64,000 nucleotides of DNA, taken from contig CAVRJY010000004.1 of the NCBI GenBank assembly GCA_963721805.1, positions 64,001 through 128,000 of the forward strand, written 5' to 3'. This DNA is from Nitrospirota bacterium. Lineage in GTDB: Bacteria > Nitrospirota > Thermodesulfovibrionia > Thermodesulfovibrionales > JdFR-86. Numbering within the stretch: the stretch's first letter is position 1; each line of letters begins with the position of its first letter. Made by a program: the position numbers and the translations under genes. A model generated the notes under the pieces. It saw only the letters and a list, made by a program, of their open reading frames with translations, searched no databases and was not told the origin of the DNA. Positions 58,198 to 64,000 of the stretch are shown in pieces.

Positions 58198-59004
58198 TTA
58201 CTTGGGGTTGGCGGCGATGTCTTTGGCCGGCTTTTTGAGGTCAGGGGCGGCGAGTTCTTTGGCCGCGCGGGCCGTATAGGGGCTGTCAGAGTATTTTTCC
58301 TTGAGTACCGCATAGTATTTCTGGGCCGCGTCCGCATGTCCGCCGCGCTTGTCGCAGTAGACGATGTAATATAGCGCCTCGGGCACGTTGGCGTTAGTGG
58401 GGTAGTACTCAAAGACGTTGAGCGAGCGTTCGGTTGCCCCCTTGCACCCCCCGCGGTCGAAGTCATACTTGGCGACCATGAACTCGTGGTCGGCCAGCAG
58501 GTCGCGGCAGCGGGCGATCTTGGTCGCGGTCACGTCGTAGAATGGGTTACGCGGGAAGTTGTCGTTGAGCTTCTTGAACTCCCCGAGCGCGCGCTCGGCG
58601 AGGGCGTATGCCCTGTCGTCGCCCTTTATCTGGTTGAAGTAGATCATCCCGACCTGATACTGGGCGTAGTAGGCATAGCGGTCCGAGGGGTAGACCTCGA
58701 GGAAGCGCCTGTATTCGTCTATGGCCTGCTCCGGCTCGTCGGCCTGGTAGAACGTGTCCGCCACGCGCAGCTGCGCCATGGCCGAGAACTTGCCGGTCGT
58801 GTCCTTGAGCTTCACGGACTGGTATTTCTGGCGCGCGTCGGTCCAGAGCTTCTTGTCATAGAGCGCGTTTGCGGCCGCGAACTCCTGCGCCGCGTCGTAC
58901 TGCACGGCCGGGGGCTTGACCGCCTTGGAGGAGCACGAGGCGAGCGCCGCGATCAGCCCCAGCGCCGCTATAACAGACAGGATTCTGGACAGGGATCGTT
59001 GCAT
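58198..59004 (-). CDS. bamD: Outer-membrane protein assembly lipoprotein BamD
   Basis: Lipobox LASC; TPR pattern AQLRVADTFY..EYRRFLEVYP..YAQYQVG; LADHEFMVAKY. Confidence 0.88.
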   Translation of the reverse strand: MQRSLSRILSVIAALGLIAALASCSSKAVKPPAVQYDAAQEFAAANALYDKKLWTDARQKYQSVKLKDTTGKFSAMAQLRVADTFYQADEPEQAIDEYRRFLEVYPSDRYAYYAQYQVGMIYFNQIKGDDRAYALAERALGEFKKLNDNFPRNPFYDVTATKIARCRDLLADHEFMVAKYDFDRGGCKGATERSLNVFEYYPTNANVPEALYYIVYCDKRGGHADAAQKYYAVLKEKYSDSPYTARAAKELAAPDLKKPAKDIAANPK

Positions 59005-59044
59005 TTATAATTCTAACAATTCCGCGATGGAAAAGTCTCTTGAG

Positions 59045-59146
59045 GGTGCCACAGGCACCTTTCCCTTTATAAACCCTCGGTGCCACGGGCACCATTCTCT
59101 TTACAAACCTTTGGTGCCAAGGGCGTATTTCCCTTTATAAATCAAC
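59045..59146. repeat. Three tandem 34-bp units containing the palindrome GGTGCC-N3-GGCACC
   Basis: Units start at 59045, 59079 and 59113; the third palindrome is degenerate. Confidence 0.85.
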
Positions 59147-60433
59147 CGCCCAGCCACGACCGAGCATACCGGCCCCGGCCTTCATAGCGCCGAGGAACCT
59201 CGACCTCAGGGCATCGCTCATCAGCGCCCGCTTGACCGGGGTGAGCCTGAGAAACCCTCCCAGTATCCCCCTCAGCGCCTGCTGCGTGATGCTGCCTGGG
59301 TCGTCGAAGAGCTGGTTTTGGAGCGTGCCCCGCTCAAGGCACTGAAGGATGATCCGCTCAAACGTCGTCTCTGGGTGCAGCACCCTCTGGCCGCGCTTGA
59401 TAAGCCTCAGCGCGCCGGTCTTGCAGCCAAGGGCGCATACCCCGCACCCAAGGCAAATCGAGGCGTCTATCCGCGGCCTCTTCTTTGGCTTCGTCCCCTC
59501 CGGCGAGGCGTCCATGGCTATGGCGTTGATCGGGCAGGCCGAGGCGCACCTGCCGCAGCCGTTACAGAGGCCATGGTCGGACTCCGCGATAAAGCTCGAC
59601 GTGACGATCGTGCCCGCGTAGCCGAACTTGCTGATCCCCAAAAGCGGATGGCAGCAGCAGCAGCAATGGCAGATGAAGGACACGTTGCGCTTGACGTTAT
59701 CCGCGTTCAGCACGAGGCCCAGTTCCCTAGACTGGGCGAGGTTCTCCAGCATCTCGGACTTCGAAACCTCGCGGCCGAGCCCGTTTCTTATGAGGTACTC
59801 CGCGGCGTACCCAAACGATGAGCATTTCTCAAGCGGTACGTCGCAGGTCTTCTCCCCGACGTGCAGCTTCTCGTGGCGGCAAGAGCATATGCCTATCGAA
59901 AACTTCTCTGCGCCCTCGACGATCGCCGTGGCCTTCTCGTAGTCGAGCACCTCAACGTAGTCTGCATCGAGGACAGCGGCCTCATGCGGCAGGGCCCTCA
60001 TGATCGAGACCCTGTCGCCGGGCCGCATATTGGCCTCAAAAAAATCCGGCCTGTTGAGGTATTCGTGAAACAGCCCGGCGAGCTTTCCGGAGTCCGCCCC
60101 TGCCCTCATCATCGAAAACTCGTATATCCCGATTATCATAGGCGAGGGGGCGTAATAATACTCCCCGTCTACACAAATATCGATGACGAGTCCCTTGTGG
60201 CAGAGCCGGTCGAGCAGGCGCTTAAGCTCGTCCCCGGCCCTGCCGGTAGCGGCCGCGATCCTCGAGACGCGCGACATGCCGAAGGGCATGCTGACTATGA
60301 GTTCGGCCTCGTCTGAGCCGTACAGTTCGTGCAGGATGGGGTAGAGCTTCTCGTCTTTTGGTATGCGCATCGAAAGGCCGTCGATCTTGCCGGCGAGCTT
60401 CTTATAGACGTCTTTCCCGGCCAGATGGCCCAT
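59135..60433 (-). CDS. 4Fe-4S dicluster protein with an N-terminal wHTH-like region and a Cys-rich cluster
   Basis: CSCRH, CHCCCCC, CNGCGRCASACP, CLGCGVCALGC. Confidence 0.85.
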   Translation of the reverse strand: MGHLAGKDVYKKLAGKIDGLSMRIPKDEKLYPILHELYGSDEAELIVSMPFGMSRVSRIAAATGRAGDELKRLLDRLCHKGLVIDICVDGEYYYAPSPMIIGIYEFSMMRAGADSGKLAGLFHEYLNRPDFFEANMRPGDRVSIMRALPHEAAVLDADYVEVLDYEKATAIVEGAEKFSIGICSCRHEKLHVGEKTCDVPLEKCSSFGYAAEYLIRNGLGREVSKSEMLENLAQSRELGLVLNADNVKRNVSFICHCCCCCHPLLGISKFGYAGTIVTSSFIAESDHGLCNGCGRCASACPINAIAMDASPEGTKPKKRPRIDASICLGCGVCALGCKTGALRLIKRGQRVLHPETTFERIILQCLERGTLQNQLFDDPGSITQQALRGILGGFLRLTPVKRALMSDALRSRFLGAMKAGAGMLGRGWAVDL

Positions 60434-60461
60434 ACGCTCACCTCCTGAGAGACACGCGGAG

Positions 60462-61508
60462 CTAGAGTATCTTCCACTCCTCGGGCATGAACAGGCGCTC
60501 GTAGGTCGCGAGAGCGAAGCGGTCGGTCATGCCCGCGATGAAGTCGCATACGAGGCGGTGGCTGGACTCGCCCTCGCCGCGCGGGATGTCGCGGAAGACC
60601 TCGTCGACGTGCTGGAGGTAATACGCATAGAGGTCGTGCAGGATCTTCTTGGCCTTCTTGAGCTCGGCCTTCGCGCCCTCGTGCTCGTAGACTCGCTCGA
60701 ACAGGAAGTCCTTGAGCTCGGCCGATGCGGCCATCACTCCGGGGTCCATCGAGATCTCGTCGAGGCCGGTCGCGAGCGCGTGCGTAATGAGAGAGCTCAC
60801 CATCGTGTTGATGCGGCCCGAGTGGCTCTCGCCAAGCTCGCGCAGAAACTTGGCGGGGATGTCGGACTTTTTAAGCACGCCCGCGCGCACGGCGTCGTCG
60901 AGGTCGTGGTTTAAATACGCGATCACGTCCGCGACCCGCACGATCTGACCTTCAGGCGTCCCGGCCCTCTCGCCGCGCGAGATCGGGACGATCACCCCGC
61001 GGCCCTTGGAGTGCTTCAGTATCCCGTCGCGCACCTCCTCGGTAAGGTTCAGGCCCTTGCCTTTTTTCTCGAGGAAATCCACAACGCGGAGGCTCTGCTC
61101 GTAGTGCTTGAACCCGCCCGGGTGCAGCAGGTCGAGCACCGTCTCCCCTGCATGCCCAAACGGGGTATGGCCCAGGTCGTGCGCGAGCGCAATGGCCTCG
61201 GTGAGGTCCTCGTTGAGGCGTAGCGCGCGGCTTATCGTGCGCGCGATCTGGCTTACCTCGAGGACGTGCGTCAGGCGCGTGCGGTAGTGGTCGCCCATCG
61301 GCGAGAAGAAGACCTGTGTCTTGTGCATCAGGCGGCGGAAGGCCTTTGAGTGTATGATGCGGTCGCGGTCGCGCTGGAAGCAGGTGCGGATCGCGTCGGG
61401 TTTCTCGGGGCGGATGCGGCCCATGCTCTTGCTGCTCAGTGTCGCCTTGGGGTGGAGGGTCTCGGCCTCGATGCGCTCGGACTGCTGCCGGATGCCGCTG
61501 GTGCTCAT
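60462..61508 (-). CDS. dgt: dGTP triphosphohydrolase-like HD-domain protein
   Basis: [50 protein letters not shown]. Confidence 0.93.
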   Translation of the reverse strand: MSTSGIRQQSERIEAETLHPKATLSSKSMGRIRPEKPDAIRTCFQRDRDRIIHSKAFRRLMHKTQVFFSPMGDHYRTRLTHVLEVSQIARTISRALRLNEDLTEAIALAHDLGHTPFGHAGETVLDLLHPGGFKHYEQSLRVVDFLEKKGKGLNLTEEVRDGILKHSKGRGVIVPISRGERAGTPEGQIVRVADVIAYLNHDLDDAVRAGVLKKSDIPAKFLRELGESHSGRINTMVSSLITHALATGLDEISMDPGVMAASAELKDFLFERVYEHEGAKAELKKAKKILHDLYAYYLQHVDEVFRDIPRGEGESSHRLVCDFIAGMTDRFALATYERLFMPEEWKIL

Positions 61509-61509
61509 T

Positions 61510-64000
61510 CTAGTCGGGCCCCACAGGGGCTTCCATTTCATCGATGGGCTCGACCGCCTCTGGCTCCACGGGGGATTCAATTTCTTCGATGGCCTCGACC
61601 ACCGTCGCCTCTGAAGGAGGGGGCTCGGTCGAGCCCTCGTCTTCGGACATGCGCATCGAGATCGCCTTAGAGCAGCCGGGCTCCTCCATCGTGACGCCAT
61701 AGATATAGTGCGCGGCCTCCATCGTGACGCGGTTATGCGTGACGACGATGAACTGGATCGAGCTTGAGAGCTCGCGCAGCATCTCGGCGAACTTGTGCGT
61801 GTTGTGCTCGTCGAGCGCGGCGTCGGCCTCATCGAGTATGCACAGAGGGGTGGGCTTGATCAGGAAGCTCGCAAACAGGAGCGCGAGCGCGGTCAGCGTC
61901 TTTTCGCCGCCGCTTAAGAGCGAGATGTTTTGAAGCCTCTTGCCCGGAGGCTGCGCGATGATGTCTATGCCTGTCTCCAATATGTTGTCCGGGTCGGTCA
62001 GCACGAGTTCGGCGCGGCCTCCGCCAAAGAGCATCACGTAGACCTCGGCGAACTTCTTGCTTATAGCCTCATAGGCCTCGCGGAGCATCCGGCGCGTAGT
62101 GGTGTTGATGCGGCTGATCGCCTCTTCCAGCTCGGCTATCGACTTTTGGAGGTCCTGCTGCTGCTGCGTCAGGAACTCGTGGCGGACTCTTAGCTCCTCA
62201 TATTCCTCCAGAGATCCCAGGCTCACAGGCCCCAGCGACTCGATCTTCTGCTTGAGTTCCGCCGCGGCCTCGGCGTCCGTCTCGGCCGGGACCTCGAAGG
62301 TCACATCAAGGAGCTCGACGCCGTATGTCTCGCGCATCCTGTCCGTGAGGGCCTCGATCTTCATCGCACTCTCGGTGCGCTGGATCTCGAGCGCGGTGAT
62401 CCGGCGCGAGCCCTCGTCTATGCGGACGCGCACCTCGCGCAAGCCGCGCTCGACCTCTCCGACATCGGATGCTATCGCGGAGATCGCCTCGCGGGCCTCG
62501 GCGATGCGCCCGGCCTGATCCGCGGCCTGCACCGCAAGGGCCGCAAGCGCGGACTCTTTCTCTTTAAGCTGTGCCTCGCGCTCGGTGATCCGGGTGCGCG
62601 TGGCCTCGGCCTCGCGGCCTATCATTACCTGCTTTTCGTCGAGCTCGACTATCATGCGCTGCACCGAGGTCTCCTCGGCATCGAGCGCGGACGCCCTCCC
62701 CTTAAGCGAGGTGAGTTCAAGCCTTATATCGGTGGCCTCCTCGCGCTTGAGCGCGGAGCCTGCCTTTATCGCGCCGAGTTTCTCCAAGGCCTCGGTGATC
62801 GATTTTTCAATCTGGCTGCGCCGCTCGTCGCCACGGGCGATCTCCTCGCCCTTGCCGCTGAGCTGGGCCACCAGCTGTTGCTTCTCGCGTGCGAGCTCCT
62901 CGCCTTCCAGCCTTAGCTGGCTGAGCCTCCGCTGAGCGCGCTCGATGTCCTCTTTGCAGGCGTCCGCCCTGTGGCGCAGCACCGAGAGCTCGCGCTCCAT
63001 CTCAACCGCCTTGCCCTCGGCGAGCTTCAACGCCTCCTGCGAGACAAGCAGGGCGGCCTCGGAATCCGCGACAACCTTCGTAAGCACGTCTATCTCGCGC
63101 CTTATGCGCTCGGCCTCGGCCCCAAGCTCCCTCATCTGGCGCTTGATCGTGAGTATCCCACGGCCCTTCCCGGCTATCACAGCGCCGGAGGGCTCGACTA
63201 TCTCGCCATCGAGGGTCACGAGCGTCATGCCAGAGGCCGCGGTGCCGTGAAGCGAGAGCGCGGAGTCGAGGTCGCGGACTATCAAGACGTTGCTCAGTAG
63301 GCCGCGCACCACCGGCAGGAGCTCGCCCGAGCCGCGCAGCAGGTCCGATGCGCGCGCTATGATGCCCTCGCCGGAAATCGCTTCACCTTGAGCTTGCGTT
63401 GCAGAGTCGCGGGCCACGAACGCCGTGCGGCCCATGCCCATCTCGCGCACCTGCCCGACGGCCGAGCGGATGTCGTCCGCGCCGTTTACAATAAAGCCGC
63501 TTATTACCTCTCGTAACGCGCCCTCAATCGCCCCTTCGTACTCCGCCGGGGCCTCCACCGCGTCCGCAATCGCAGCGATCACCGAGACGCGTTCGCGTAT
63601 CGCGGCCTCGCCGCTCTCGTCAATGACCATCTCTGCCAGGGACTCGAGCCTCGATGTGGTCGAGGCGAGTTCCTCTCTGAGGCGCGCGGAGTTCGAGCGC
63701 GCGGAATCGCGCTTCGCGGTGATCTCGGCGATATGTCCGGCCGCGAGGTTGCGTTCCTCGTGGGCCGCGAACATCTCGTTGCGGCGCGACTGTATGCCGG
63801 ACTCTATCTCATGGCGCTCGGCCTCTAAGGACTCCTGCCTTGCGGTGATCTCGTCTATCTCGGCCGCGAGCGCGTCCTCGCGCTGCGCGTGGTTTTCCAT
63901 CGCCGTGCGAAAACGCTCCTGCTCGGCGCGCAGGCGGCTTACGCTCTCGGTCGCGCCGAGGGCCTGCCGCCTCATCGAGTCGACGTTCTGCTCTTCCGAG
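61510..64000 (-). CDS. smc: Chromosome segregation protein SMC; 5' part lies outside the window
   Basis: Hinge ([12 protein letters not shown]), coiled coils, [21 protein letters not shown]. Confidence 0.95.
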   Translation of the reverse strand, partial: SEEQNVDSMRRQALGATESVSRLRAEQERFRTAMENHAQREDALAAEIDEITARQESLEAERHEIESGIQSRRNEMFAAHEERNLAAGHIAEITAKRDSARSNSARLREELASTTSRLESLAEMVIDESGEAAIRERVSVIAAIADAVEAPAEYEGAIEGALREVISGFIVNGADDIRSAVGQVREMGMGRTAFVARDSATQAQGEAISGEGIIARASDLLRGSGELLPVVRGLLSNVLIVRDLDSALSLHGTAASGMTLVTLDGEIVEPSGAVIAGKGRGILTIKRQMRELGAEAERIRREIDVLTKVVADSEAALLVSQEALKLAEGKAVEMERELSVLRHRADACKEDIERAQRRLSQLRLEGEELAREKQQLVAQLSGKGEEIARGDERRSQIEKSITEALEKLGAIKAGSALKREEATDIRLELTSLKGRASALDAEETSVQRMIVELDEKQVMIGREAEATRTRITEREAQLKEKESALAALAVQAADQAGRIAEAREAISAIASDVGEVERGLREVRVRIDEGSRRITALEIQRTESAMKIEALTDRMRETYGVELLDVTFEVPAETDAEAAAELKQKIESLGPVSLGSLEEYEELRVRHEFLTQQQQDLQKSIAELEEAISRINTTTRRMLREAYEAISKKFAEVYVMLFGGGRAELVLTDPDNILETGIDIIAQPPGKRLQNISLLSGGEKTLTALALLFASFLIKPTPLCILDEADAALDEHNTHKFAEMLRELSSSIQFIVVTHNRVTMEAAHYIYGVTMEEPGCSKAISMRMSEDEGSTEPPPSEATVVEAIEEIESPVEPEAVEPIDEMEAPVGPD

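Noticed and set aside
58191..58466. N-terminal extension of the 248-aa SirC-like ORF
   Set aside because: It overlaps bamD in another frame and looks non-coding.
59045..59146. 34-bp periodic palindromes as a mini-CRISPR
   Set aside because: The sequence between palindromes is also repeated, so there are no unique spacers; no cas genes.
61509..61832. N-terminal extension of the dgt ORF
   Set aside because: It overlaps the smc 3' end; ATG 61508 right after the smc stop is the better start.

Overview
GC-rich bacterial chromosomal window; the gene content and order suggest an anaerobic diderm, possibly Nitrospirota or Desulfobacterota-like (inference, not verified). Bases 1-13.2 kb hold a minus-strand extracellular electron transfer cluster: two DUF1670-like HTH genes, a beta-barrel-like protein with a long (Gly-Asn)n insert split by single-base indels, a PpiC/SurA chaperone, an NHL lipoprotein, two OmcE-like tetraheme cytochromes (one behind a consensus sigma54 promoter), an octaheme cytochrome, an NHL/Ig-like/FG-GAP surface protein, and a large CxxCH/CX4CH/CX7CH cytochrome that runs off the left edge and is missing from the ORF track. 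Divergent from it is a type II secretion operon (gspEFGHIJKLMN, no gspC/D in the window) running into pilB-pilT-pilC-pilS-pilR, followed by a sigma28-driven flagellin where pilA usually sits. The rest is mixed housekeeping and accessory genes: lnt (frameshifted), a K+ channel, a rhodanese, a DUF3365 cytochrome, two sensor kinases, dciA, rpmB, infB with a 12-aa repeat, rbfA, a DHH phosphoesterase, hemC, a degenerate enhancer-binding protein, TetR-TolC-EmrAB, an ATP-dependent DNA ligase, a SirC-like gene, bamD, an Fe-S protein, dgt and a partial smc. The intergenic DNA carries several families of palindromic REP/MITE-like elements, and many genes look leaderless. I saw no rRNA, tRNA, CRISPR array or transposase. 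All calls come from reading the sequence by eye; no searches were run.
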